NCBI RefSeq assembly: GCF_009617975.1
Contig: NZ_CP040089.1
Span: 390,001-422,000, forward strand
Origin: Candidatus Nanohalobium constans
Lineage (GTDB): Archaea; Nanohalarchaeota; Nanosalinia; Nanosalinales; Nanosalinaceae
Length of the DNA: 32,000 bases
Direction of reading: 5' to 3'
Of the stretch, positions 15,439-23,988 are shown one piece after another (within the stretch, counting starts at the first letter, position 1; each line of letters opens with the position of its first letter). The position numbers were made by a program, and so were the translations under genes. Below the pieces are notes generated by a model that was given only the letters and a program-made list of their open reading frames with translations, was not told where the DNA came from and made no database searches.

Positions 15439-16620
15439 ATGGCTTCCAGAGTTGATGATGTCGTTTCTCTTACTGAGCGTCTTGTTAAAATCGATTCTTA
15501 TGCTAGAGATGTTGGTGAAACTGAGTCTTATCAGGAAGTAAACGGAGAGGTAATGGGTGAGATTTTGGATGTTGCTGAGGATTATCTTTCTTCTATCGAT
15601 AATTTATCTGTGAAGCGTTTCACCCAGGATGGCCGAGAATCGTTGGTTGCTACTTTTGGCAGTGTTAAAGAAGTGGATTTGATGTTACATGGGCACTTGG
15701 ATGTGGTAAGGCCTGATGAAGATAATTTTATTGGAGAAGATGCCGAGGACCACTTTGAACCAGTTACAGATACTATAGATGGAGAAGAAAGAATTTATGG
15801 TCGTGGCACAGGTGATATGAAAGCTGGTGCTGCCTGCTTGATGAGAGTTATGAAAGAGTTAAGTGAGAATCCACCAAGCATCGGGTTGATGTTGACGACT
15901 GATGAGGAAAAAGGTGGTTTTAGAGGGACTAAATACTTGCTGGATGAAGAAGGTTACAGTGCCGACTTTGCTATCTCAGCTGAACCAAATAACATCGGCG
16001 AAGGTTACTTAGATATTGTTAACAAGCAGAAAGGTATTCTCAGAGCGTATATAACTGCCGAAGGAGAGAGTGCCCATGCATCTCGGAAGTGGAAAGGCGA
16101 AAATGCTATAGATAAATTGATTTCTACGTATGGAAATGAGATTAAGCCGCTATTTCCTAGTGCCGATGAGAGGACATGGGATACTACTGCAAATCTTGGA
16201 ATGGTGGAAGGCGGGGACGGACTGAATAAGGTGCCGGATAAAGCCTCTCTTGGACTGGATATACGGTGGTCTGATGAGAAACCGATCGAAGAAGTAAAGG
16301 AAGAAATCAGGAAAAAGGTAAGCAGTCGCGACGATTTGAGTGTTGAGTTTAGAGTGGAAGAACCTATGCTTAATACTAGTGACTCTGTGCTTGTTGAAAA
16401 ACTCCAAAGCGACTTGGAAGAAACTATAGACGAAGATAAATCCGCCAGAATTACTAAGAAGGCTCCTGGAAGCGATGCACGACATTTCATGAGGCAAGAC
16501 ATTCCTGCTGTTGTATTTGGCCCTGAGGGATATAACAGCCACCAGAAAGATGAATATGCAGTTGTCGATAGTTTTGAAGACTATGTTAAATCAGTTAAGA
16601 AGTTCGCTCAGCGTTTTTGA
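15439..16620 (+). CDS. M20-family metallopeptidase (ArgE/DapE/N-acyl-amino-acid deacylase type)
   Basis: The M20 metal-ligand and catalytic motifs are present: LMLHGHLDVV, YGRGTGDMKAG, LMLTTDEEKGG and SAEPN. The TATA-like TTTAAAA lies 26 nt upstream. Confidence 0.9.
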   Translation: MASRVDDVVSLTERLVKIDSYARDVGETESYQEVNGEVMGEILDVAEDYLSSIDNLSVKRFTQDGRESLVATFGSVKEVDLMLHGHLDVVRPDEDNFIGEDAEDHFEPVTDTIDGEERIYGRGTGDMKAGAACLMRVMKELSENPPSIGLMLTTDEEKGGFRGTKYLLDEEGYSADFAISAEPNNIGEGYLDIVNKQKGILRAYITAEGESAHASRKWKGENAIDKLISTYGNEIKPLFPSADERTWDTTANLGMVEGGDGLNKVPDKASLGLDIRWSDEKPIEEVKEEIRKKVSSRDDLSVEFRVEEPMLNTSDSVLVEKLQSDLEETIDEDKSARITKKAPGSDARHFMRQDIPAVVFGPEGYNSHQKDEYAVVDSFEDYVKSVKKFAQRF

Positions 16621-16632
16621 AGAGGTATTAAC

Positions 16633-17724
16633 ATGGATTTTGAGAAACTGGAACTGAGGAAGGCTGGATTGGATCTTGTAAATCCTTTTGAGACAAGTAA
16701 CTGGAGAATTGAAACCAGAGAAGTACTAATCCTATGTGGAAAGAAAAACGGAGAATGGGTTTACGGCGAAACCTCCGTACTTCCTGACCCCGTCTACAAT
16801 CATGAATCAACTCAGACGGCCCAAGAGTTCATCAAAAAGTATGTTATCCCTGCAGTAAAAGATTCTAACTCCGTTGAGGACTATTGGAATAACATCTCAT
16901 ATCTTAAGGGACATCCGCATGCGAAGTCATCAGGAGACCAACTTCTACATCACCGGCAATCAGTTAACCAGGAAAAATCATTGAAAGATATCATCAATGG
17001 CGCAGGAGATGTGGCTGAGTGCGGCGTCAGCTTAGGAGTTACAGATGAAGATAAGATAGTGGAAAAAGTACAAGGTTATTTAGATCAAGGTTATAAGAGG
17101 ATAAAGCTGAAGATCAAGCCTGGTAAAGATATTGGATATGTCAGGAAGGTTAGGAAACATTTTCCTGATGTAGATTTAATGGCTGATGCCAATTCTGCAT
17201 ACAGTTTAAGCCACAAAGACCGATTAAAGAAGTTAGATAGTTTCGATCTTCAAATGATTGAGCAGCCACTATCACACGATGACCTAGTAAATCACTCCGT
17301 ACTTAACAACTATATAGATACTCCCATCTGCCTTGATGAAAGCATTCATTCTGCTGAAGATGTTAAAAGAGCATCAAGAATAGATGCCTGTAGCATAGTC
17401 AATTTAAAACCTCAAAGAGTCGGTGGAATAAAAGAATCAGTGAAGATCAACCAAGCTTGTAAGGAGGAAGATATGAAGATGTGGATGGGAGGAGTGATAG
17501 AATCAGGTATAGGAGCTTCAACACAAATAATACTCTCATCACTCAGTGAAATAAAATTCCCTGGCGATATAGGTGCTTCCTCCCGATACTTCGAAGAGGA
17601 CATAGTCAATCCGGAGATAAAAGTAAACAATGGTCAGATAAAGATTCCAGATAACCCTGGTTTAACGAACAGTGTTGACAGAGGTAAACTTAAGGAGAAG
17701 ACCATGGAAAAATGGACTTTCTAG
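16633..17724 (+). CDS. enolase-superfamily enzyme, o-succinylbenzoate synthase / N-acylamino-acid racemase subgroup
   Basis: Catalytic KxK (RIKLKIKPG), metal ligands (MADAN, MIEQP, CLDES) and the second Lys (VNLKPQRVGG) are all present. The start lies 12 nt after the M20 stop, with GAGGT 6 nt upstream, so this is an internal operon gene. Confidence 0.9.
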   Translation: MDFEKLELRKAGLDLVNPFETSNWRIETREVLILCGKKNGEWVYGETSVLPDPVYNHESTQTAQEFIKKYVIPAVKDSNSVEDYWNNISYLKGHPHAKSSGDQLLHHRQSVNQEKSLKDIINGAGDVAECGVSLGVTDEDKIVEKVQGYLDQGYKRIKLKIKPGKDIGYVRKVRKHFPDVDLMADANSAYSLSHKDRLKKLDSFDLQMIEQPLSHDDLVNHSVLNNYIDTPICLDESIHSAEDVKRASRIDACSIVNLKPQRVGGIKESVKINQACKEEDMKMWMGGVIESGIGASTQIILSSLSEIKFPGDIGASSRYFEEDIVNPEIKVNNGQIKIPDNPGLTNSVDRGKLKEKTMEKWTF

Positions 17725-18818
17725 TCCTCCAGAATGTATGTATTCTGCTCGAATCCGTTTTCTCCAGGCCTCATGAGTTCAGTGACTTCGTATCCTTGGT
17801 CCATCAGAGAACCTAGAACCGTCCTGGTAGCATACCTCCATTCCTCTTCGACTTCATCACTCATGTCTTCTACAGCTTGTTCAGGAATCTCAACTCCTAC
17901 TTGTCCCTCTAATTCTTCTCTTTCTTCCCCAAAATCTGAATTAGGAAGAGCTCCATCCGCTGAAAGCACTATATCTGTTTCATCTTGTCTTATATCTGAC
18001 AAATAGTCTTTCCCTTGTGATTCTGTTGCATTTAGCTTATCTTCTGCTCGAGATGAGTCTATCCTCCATTCTATGACGAATCTGTCAGCAGGTGTTCCTC
18101 CCGAGGTTTCGGTATCATAGACATCTTCCTTATATTCAGAAGCAACTCCACCAAGTTTAGTCAGGTTTAAACGATTATTTACAGGTTTAAGCGGATCTAC
18201 AGTCCAATAAATAGTATCATAACTGTGTTTTGCTGCTTTTTCTCTCTGCTGCTTTTTAATCTCTAGACCTGCCCCAGCACTGTGAGAATCCGACCCAACA
18301 GCATGAGAGTACAGCACATTATCCTGGGTCATATCCGGGAACATGTATGCTAGAGAACTTATTCCATCAGTTTCTGATACTATAAGGTTTCCTCCTCTGT
18401 CTTTTGCTTCAAATTCATAAGTAGGTATCAGCTCTGCCTCACCTATGCCTGTTGAACTCCAGGCTTCAGCCATAGTGTTTTGAATGTCTAGGTACTCTCT
18501 AGATTCATTAGTAGGAACAGTTTCAACATTTTCAACACCTATTTCCTGTTCGACTAACCTCTTGGTTTCCTGAGAAAGGTTTGTTTCTTCCTGCTCTGTT
18601 AATTCACTGTCAATTGCATTCCATGAAAGAGCGACTGCCTCCTCTCCATCAAGACTTTGTGAAATCAGTGTGATAGCGGTTTTACCATTGATATCTGCTG
18701 AAAGAACTCCTCCTACTGCATCATGAGCAGTTAAGATATGAGAGGGAATCGACTCCCTCTGACCTAAACCCACATCGATACTGTCTGCACCATTTTGAAG
18801 TGATCTACTAATCTGCAT
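17721..18818 (-). CDS. COG3375-like GNAT-fold protein with an acidic insertion (tentative)
   Basis: LYSHAVGSDSHSAGAGLEIKKQQREKAAKHSYDTIYWTVDPLKPVNNRLNLTKLGGVASEYKEDVYD...DRFVIEWRID resembles, from memory, the HSH..GV.p..G.G..LK..QR......WTFDPL..RNA.FN..KLGA...Y..N.YG...SDR...W signature of COG3375 predicted acetyltransferases. The start lies 13 nt after the upstream ORF's stop, so the two genes form an operon. Confidence 0.55.
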   Translation of the reverse strand: MQISRSLQNGADSIDVGLGQRESIPSHILTAHDAVGGVLSADINGKTAITLISQSLDGEEAVALSWNAIDSELTEQEETNLSQETKRLVEQEIGVENVETVPTNESREYLDIQNTMAEAWSSTGIGEAELIPTYEFEAKDRGGNLIVSETDGISSLAYMFPDMTQDNVLYSHAVGSDSHSAGAGLEIKKQQREKAAKHSYDTIYWTVDPLKPVNNRLNLTKLGGVASEYKEDVYDTETSGGTPADRFVIEWRIDSSRAEDKLNATESQGKDYLSDIRQDETDIVLSADGALPNSDFGEEREELEGQVGVEIPEQAVEDMSDEVEEEWRYATRTVLGSLMDQGYEVTELMRPGENGFEQNTYILED

Positions 18819-18830
18819 AGCTTAACCCTC

Positions 18831-20123
18831 CTACGAACTCATTCTACCTCGAATTTGCCGGTTTATCTGACCGTAAGCCTCAGGAAGAGCATCTTTTATA
18901 TCTCCAATCGCATTCTGGTCCACTGCTTCAGAAACAACGCCCTGATTTGAGTAAGGTTCTTCTAATGTCACCTGTGCAACATCCTCAATACTGTAAGACT
19001 CTAGCTCTACATTCAGCGAATATTCAAGTACATCTTCCGCAGATTCTAATACTTCATCATCTACTTCAAGACCTCTTCCGTGTTCTGAAAGTATCTCCGC
19101 TGCAACAAAACCTTTCTCTAGTACAGGATTCCAGATATAGCCCGGAAGTCCTTCAGTAGTTGTTACGGCAAAATTAGTTTCCGCGCCACCTATTTTATTC
19201 TCGATATCAGATTGAGAATCGGACAGCAACAAACGGGAGTCTTCCCGACCTGGCCACACCGTGTAGGGAATCCTAGTGCCCGCATTCTTTACCTGCGAAC
19301 CTAGTGAGGCAGGTTGATTGTAGCGAGAAGTACCTATCAGCTCATTTATCTTCTTATCGTAGATGTTTTCCTTGTCATGCCCAGATTTATTGTTGATTCC
19401 TTGTTCTCTTCGCATCCACTCTGTCGCTGCAACTTCAAAGATACCATACCAATGAGCAGCTCTCATCTCCTCGCCTGTACTATGTTCAAATTGGTCCGTA
19501 ACGCTATAGAGAGAATCAGGAATATCTACATCATACATTTCCTCAAACAAACCTAAAGCGCTTTCAGCCGCCATGCCGTCAGCTATAACACTTTTCGGCA
19601 GAACAGATTCTACATCTCTTTTAGCAGAAGCAAGAGAGGGATAACCTGTTTCAACGCTTTCAGCAGCAGAGATGCCGAGAGCATCTGAAACAATATCCTC
19701 TGCTATTTCATAGAAGCCTCGGTCGCTGAAAATATCCTCCGACCTGACAAAGTTAACTCCTTCTATTCCTGCCAGTTCGGCCGAAGCCTCCAAATAATCC
19801 TCTCGGTCAGCTCTTGATTCGTTCTCCGATTCTAAAAATCCTGCAGCCTTACTTCTACCCATATTAAGAGATTCAAAGATATCAGCCATGAAAAAATGCA
19901 GTTCTCCTGTCTCTCCATGTCTTCTTCTATCTTCATCCTGAATTTTCTTTTCGTGTACTAGCGCTGATAGCATGTCAAGAGGCTGCTCTTCCAATCCAGC
20001 AGTGGTCAAACCATGTTTAGTAACACGGGGGCTCTCAGAAGGGATTCCTGTCTCCGCTGAGTTGAACGGATTTTCAATCTGGCTCCTTTCTCTTATCTCG
20101 GAGCTATCAGTTGATTTACTCAT
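18831..20123 (-). CDS. hypothetical acidic cytoplasmic protein (430 aa), no family recognised
   Basis: Long ORF with a coding-like acidic translation, no signal peptide and no TM segment. It is the first gene of a two-gene operon with 17721-18818. Confidence 0.8.
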   Translation of the reverse strand: MSKSTDSSEIRERSQIENPFNSAETGIPSESPRVTKHGLTTAGLEEQPLDMLSALVHEKKIQDEDRRRHGETGELHFFMADIFESLNMGRSKAAGFLESENESRADREDYLEASAELAGIEGVNFVRSEDIFSDRGFYEIAEDIVSDALGISAAESVETGYPSLASAKRDVESVLPKSVIADGMAAESALGLFEEMYDVDIPDSLYSVTDQFEHSTGEEMRAAHWYGIFEVAATEWMRREQGINNKSGHDKENIYDKKINELIGTSRYNQPASLGSQVKNAGTRIPYTVWPGREDSRLLLSDSQSDIENKIGGAETNFAVTTTEGLPGYIWNPVLEKGFVAAEILSEHGRGLEVDDEVLESAEDVLEYSLNVELESYSIEDVAQVTLEEPYSNQGVVSEAVDQNAIGDIKDALPEAYGQINRQIRGRMSS

Positions 20124-20403
20124 AAGGCGCCACTTTTTGAACTAGTTCTGAGATTTTGTGTAGGATTCGGGGTTGCGGTATCATGATTATTTTTGATTGT
20201 TAGATCACCTTTGGAAATTGCTGAGCAAGGACAGAGAAAAAGGACCTGCTCCACTACATAAAGTAATAGAAATAGCTAAAGCTGCCAGAAAAGAACAAAG
20301 ACCTCATTTTCTGACAGTCAAACATAGAGAAACAATTCAAAGTTTAGAATTAAATAATCTTCGACAACATGAAAAGGAGATAAGACTAGATGAAGAGTCT
20401 CTT

Positions 20404-21513
20404 TTAGACTCTAGCATCCAGTAAATCCGGTTTCTCATCGATTCTGGGGATATCTAACTTCTTCTTGATCTTCCTGAATTTCTGGTGGTCATTTTTCTCC
20501 AGGAGTGTTATGGCTTCTCCTTCTCGGCCCTGTCTGCCGGCTCTTCCGATTCTATGGGTGTATGTGTCGGCTTTGTCAGGTACATCATAGTTGAAGACAT
20601 GCGTTACATCATCTACATCTATTCCACGTGCCGCGACATCCGTAGCTACAACTACTTTGATGTCTCCTTTCTCGAATCTTTCTAGAACATCTTCTCTCTG
20701 GTTCTGGTTCATATCGCCGTTTAACTCCTGTGCATCAATGTTGTTTTTCCTTAGTTTATCCGCTAACCATCGGGTTGTGTTCTTAGTCTTACAGAATACT
20801 ACGGAAAGGTCTCTGTCCCGTTTTTTGAGGAATGTGTATAGCATGGAGAGTTTTTCGTCTCTATTGGCATTCACATATTTTTCATCCAGGTTCCTGGTGT
20901 GCTCCGATTTCTCTATCCTGATTGTCTCCGGGTCGATGTCATAGCGGTCGCACATCTTCTTCAGGCTTCTTGGGATAGTAGCCCCGAATAGGAGATTCTG
21001 CTTGTGATCAGGCAGATGACTTATTATCTGTTCGAGTTCATCCTGGAATCCCATGTCAAGCATTCTGTCGGCTTCATCCAGTACAAAGTACTCTAGTTCG
21101 TCTGCGTTAATTTTTCCTTTTTTGAACAGGTCTAGTACTCTTCCTGGTGTTCCTACTATGATGTTGGCGGTTTTTGCTCCTTGGATCTGTGGTTCGTAGT
21201 CGACTCCTCCGTAGATTGTTACTGTTTCGATTGAATTTGCGGAGGCCATGTCGATCTCTGCTGAGATCTGTTTGGCTAGCTCTCTTGTAGGAGATAGGAT
21301 TAGTGCTTGTGTGTGGTCTCCGTCGATTTTTTCGATTAGTGGTAGTGAGAAGGCGAGTGTTTTACCTGATCCTGTTTCTGATTCGACCATCAGGTCTTTT
21401 CCTTCTTTTACTTTTGGTATTGCTTTTTGCTGTACTTCTGTCGGTTCTGTAATATCATTTGCTTCCAGGTTCTCCTTTACAGGCCTGGAAATACCTAGTT
21501 CTTTGAAATTCAT
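20404..21513 (-). CDS. DEAD-box ATP-dependent RNA helicase
   Basis: Helicase motifs are present: Q motif (PTEVQQKAIP), I (ETGSGKT), Ia (PTRELA), Ib (TPGR), II (DEAD), III variant (GAT), V (ARGID) and VI (HRIGRAGRQG). A strong TATATAAA lies about 23 nt upstream on the minus strand. Confidence 0.95.
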   Translation of the reverse strand: MNFKELGISRPVKENLEANDITEPTEVQQKAIPKVKEGKDLMVESETGSGKTLAFSLPLIEKIDGDHTQALILSPTRELAKQISAEIDMASANSIETVTIYGGVDYEPQIQGAKTANIIVGTPGRVLDLFKKGKINADELEYFVLDEADRMLDMGFQDELEQIISHLPDHKQNLLFGATIPRSLKKMCDRYDIDPETIRIEKSEHTRNLDEKYVNANRDEKLSMLYTFLKKRDRDLSVVFCKTKNTTRWLADKLRKNNIDAQELNGDMNQNQREDVLERFEKGDIKVVVATDVAARGIDVDDVTHVFNYDVPDKADTYTHRIGRAGRQGREGEAITLLEKNDHQKFRKIKKKLDIPRIDEKPDLLDARV

Positions 21514-21531
21514 AGAAAGATTCTGTCCTCG

Positions 21532-21539
21532 TATATAAA
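21532..21539 (-). promoter_or_regulatory. TATA box for the DEAD-box helicase gene
   Basis: TATATAAA (TTTATATA on the minus strand) is centred about 23 nt upstream of the ATG at 21513. Confidence 0.45.
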
Positions 21540-21630
21540 CATTTTGAGGCGGGAAGCTTTAACCCTGTGGGATTCAACTCCGACTATTTTTTATTTATTC
21601 TTTAATCGTAGTTTTTTGCGTGTAAGCTGT

Positions 21631-22425
21631 ATGAGAGTTGAGAAACTGGGAGATGGAGAACCGGAAGTCGCTGTTGTTGGAGCGATTCACGGTGATGAGC
21701 CCTGCGGAGAGAAGGCAATTGAACAATTTCTGGACTCGGATTTTGAAGTGAAGAAGCCTGTTAAATTAATTATAGCGAACGAGAAAGCGCTGGAAAAAGA
21801 TACTAGATTCGTTGACTGTGACTTGAATCGCAGCTTTCCTGGCGATCTGAAAAGTGAGGATCACGAAGAGAGATTGGCTGCCGAGATAATGGCTCAGGTA
21901 GAGGGGCTTAAAGTCCTGGGTCTTCACTCCACGAAGTCCTATGCTGACCCCTTCGTAGCCCTATCTTCACTTGAACCCGATAATATGGATTTAGTCAGGA
22001 AAACAGGTATCAGAACTGCCTCGTACCACCGGGATAAGGATCTGGATACCTTGGATGATCACGCGAAATGTGTTGAGGTTGAATGCGGATTCCAGGGATC
22101 TGAAAGTGCTGTAGATAATGCTTACAGAATTGTAAAGAATTTTCTAGCTGCTTATGGAATAATTGATGCAGAACATCGTATCTCCAGTCCATCAGTTTTC
22201 GAAATCTATGACACCGTGGAAGAGCCGGACTATGAGTTTATTGCTGTAAACTTCCAGAAAGTTGAGGAAGGCGAAGTGTATGCTAGGAACGGAAGTAAAG
22301 AGTTGAGAGCAGATGAAGATTTCTATCCTGTTCTGATGTCAACTGAAGGATATGATACGATTCTCGGTCACAAAGCCAGGAAAGTCGAGAACCCTGAAAG
22401 TTTGACTCAGGAAAAGAACATTTAA
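21631..22425 (+). CDS. succinylglutamate desuccinylase/aspartoacylase (AstE/AspA) family zinc hydrolase
   Basis: VAVVGAIHGDEPCGEKAI and DCDLNRSFPG are family hallmarks. I prefer ATG 21631, which lies 28 nt from an A/T-rich box, over the TTG track start at 21544. Confidence 0.85.
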   Translation: MRVEKLGDGEPEVAVVGAIHGDEPCGEKAIEQFLDSDFEVKKPVKLIIANEKALEKDTRFVDCDLNRSFPGDLKSEDHEERLAAEIMAQVEGLKVLGLHSTKSYADPFVALSSLEPDNMDLVRKTGIRTASYHRDKDLDTLDDHAKCVEVECGFQGSESAVDNAYRIVKNFLAAYGIIDAEHRISSPSVFEIYDTVEEPDYEFIAVNFQKVEEGEVYARNGSKELRADEDFYPVLMSTEGYDTILGHKARKVENPESLTQEKNI

Positions 22426-22449
22426 TAATTGTCATCAAGATGTAGCAAC

Positions 22450-22818
22450 ATGAACTTGTTGGATGTTGTAGAAACAATCTTCCAGAACTATGATGGAGAA
22501 GTCCAAGCAGAGTTCAATCCCGACAATTCCACACCTTACACAGGGAGAGATAGAGATCTTAGAACTGGAGAAACTGCAAGAGAAATGATCGAAGGATACG
22601 CATCCATGGGAAAGTCATTGAACGCCCAGGTAGTAAACGACAAACACACCGCCAGACTATCGTACAATGCTTCTACAGACAGATTGAAAATAGATATCGA
22701 GTTAGAAGATGGAATTAACAAGGAATTTAACCAATACTTAGAAGATACAGACTTAGAACAGTTAGAGGAACAGATAACAGAAATAGAAGAAGAATACAAA
22801 GAAGCTCCTAGGCTTTAA
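22450..22818 (+). CDS. hypothetical acidic protein (122 aa)
   Basis: The TATA-like TTTAATAA at 22421-22428 is centred 26 nt upstream of ATG 22450. The translation is acidic with a helical C-terminus. I recognise no family. Confidence 0.6.
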   Translation: MNLLDVVETIFQNYDGEVQAEFNPDNSTPYTGRDRDLRTGETAREMIEGYASMGKSLNAQVVNDKHTARLSYNASTDRLKIDIELEDGINKEFNQYLEDTDLEQLEEQITEIEEEYKEAPRL

Positions 22819-23771
22819 TCCAAGAAGACTGGCTCTCCCTCATCCAAGACTTTCTCATCGTCGAACCATACAGTTGGGTTCTGTAGTATGAAGTCCCAGT
22901 GAAGACTGCTTTCGTTCGCTTTTTCATGTCCTTCAGGTAGACAGAAAGAGTTTTCTCCGAGCGCGATATGCACCGTTCCCAGAATCTTTTCGTCTTGAAG
23001 TGTATGGCCTATGTATTCTGCTTCTGGATTGGTTCCAAATCCGAATTCTGCGATTTGGTCTGCGTTTTCAATATTCTCTATTTTCTCCACTATTTTGGAA
23101 TCTTCAGGAGCATTTCTTATCTCTGTGACTCTTCTGTTCTCAATGACAATTTCATTGCCTTCATCTTCTTTAGAACCGAAGCTGTTTTCTTCTAACACTA
23201 GAGTTCCATTTGCATCTAGCGGGCCTGTAAATACCTCACCAGAAGGGATGTTTCCTATCCCTGCTTCCGTTAGTTTTCCATTGGAAGGTTCTAAATAGTC
23301 TGAGTCAATTTCAAGTTCTAAATCAGTTCCTTTTTCCGTTTCTATTCTTATCTTTTCTACTCCTTGTAACTGTTCAGCCGCTTTGTCTGTAATCCTTTCA
23401 ACCTCTTCATAGTCGGCTTGAAGCGCGTTTTTCCACATCCTCTTATTTACTGTAGGTAATGTAGCTACTCGTGCTCCTTGTTCAGCTGCTTCGCCTGAAG
23501 CATTTGTGTGGGATAAGGATTTCATCGTCGGCGCTATAACCACATCAAACTGTTTCATCGCATCTGCAACATATTCAGGTGGTTCATCTCCCTGATTCTC
23601 CGGCTCCTCATAGTTAATCACGCCGTGTTCTACATCTCGATCTTCCAGAACTTTAACTAAAGATTCGATAAGCTCTCTATCATTACTGTCATTTAATACC
23701 AACACTTTTTCGTTTTGTTGAACTTCCAAACACTGGTCGATGATTGTCGAAGCGCCTTCTCTCAAGCTCAT
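22815..23771 (-). CDS. M29/aminopeptidase T-like (COG2309) aminopeptidase
   Basis: EFGFGTNPEAEYIGHTLQDEKILGTVHIALGEN and SSLHWDFIL match the conserved C-terminal metal-binding region of this family. Confidence 0.8.
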   Translation of the reverse strand: MSLREGASTIIDQCLEVQQNEKVLVLNDSNDRELIESLVKVLEDRDVEHGVINYEEPENQGDEPPEYVADAMKQFDVVIAPTMKSLSHTNASGEAAEQGARVATLPTVNKRMWKNALQADYEEVERITDKAAEQLQGVEKIRIETEKGTDLELEIDSDYLEPSNGKLTEAGIGNIPSGEVFTGPLDANGTLVLEENSFGSKEDEGNEIVIENRRVTEIRNAPEDSKIVEKIENIENADQIAEFGFGTNPEAEYIGHTLQDEKILGTVHIALGENSFCLPEGHEKANESSLHWDFILQNPTVWFDDEKVLDEGEPVFLD

Positions 23772-23957
23772 ACAACTTTTTTAGGACAGAGTCTTTATCC
23801 ATTTTCCGGGAAAAAGAGTTAATCACCTATTTAAGTTTAGGCAGGCAATACTTTGTTAGAGTCTTTTCGGAGACCTGTTCTTGAGAACTTCCACATTCGG
23901 TTGGAGGGTCTTCAGCGCAGGTGTAGGCGATTTTTTATGAATGTGAAAATGTACTGG

Positions 23958-23968
23958 TTAAATTATTA
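23958..23968 (+). promoter_or_regulatory. TATA-like box for psmB
   Basis: TTAAATTATTA is centred 26 nt upstream of ATG 23989. Confidence 0.4.
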
Positions 23969-23988
23969 GACACAAGGTGTTTGAAATT

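Noticed and set aside
14397-16542. Antisense ORFs of 130-170 aa (14397-14909, 14780-15016, 16005-16502, 16150-16542) within mtaD and the M20 gene. Similar cases lie at 24229-24738 and 24792-25253.
   Set aside because: They oppose genes with strong family signatures. The translations are Ser/Leu/Ile-rich, as expected for the reverse complement of acidic coding sequence.
20197-20424. A 75-aa TTG-initiated basic ORF between the unknown operon and the helicase gene.
   Set aside because: I did not annotate it as a gene. It has a non-ATG start directly after an in-frame stop, overlaps the helicase 3' end, and is atypically basic. It is kept only as a low-priority finding.
23802-23814. The palindrome TTTTCC-g-GGAAAA and a duplicated AGAGTCTTT 9-mer (about 23789-23797 and 23859-23867) in the aminopeptidase-psmB spacer.
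   Set aside because: Both are short, low-complexity and plausible by chance in an AT-rich divergent promoter region. They are not enough to call a regulatory site.
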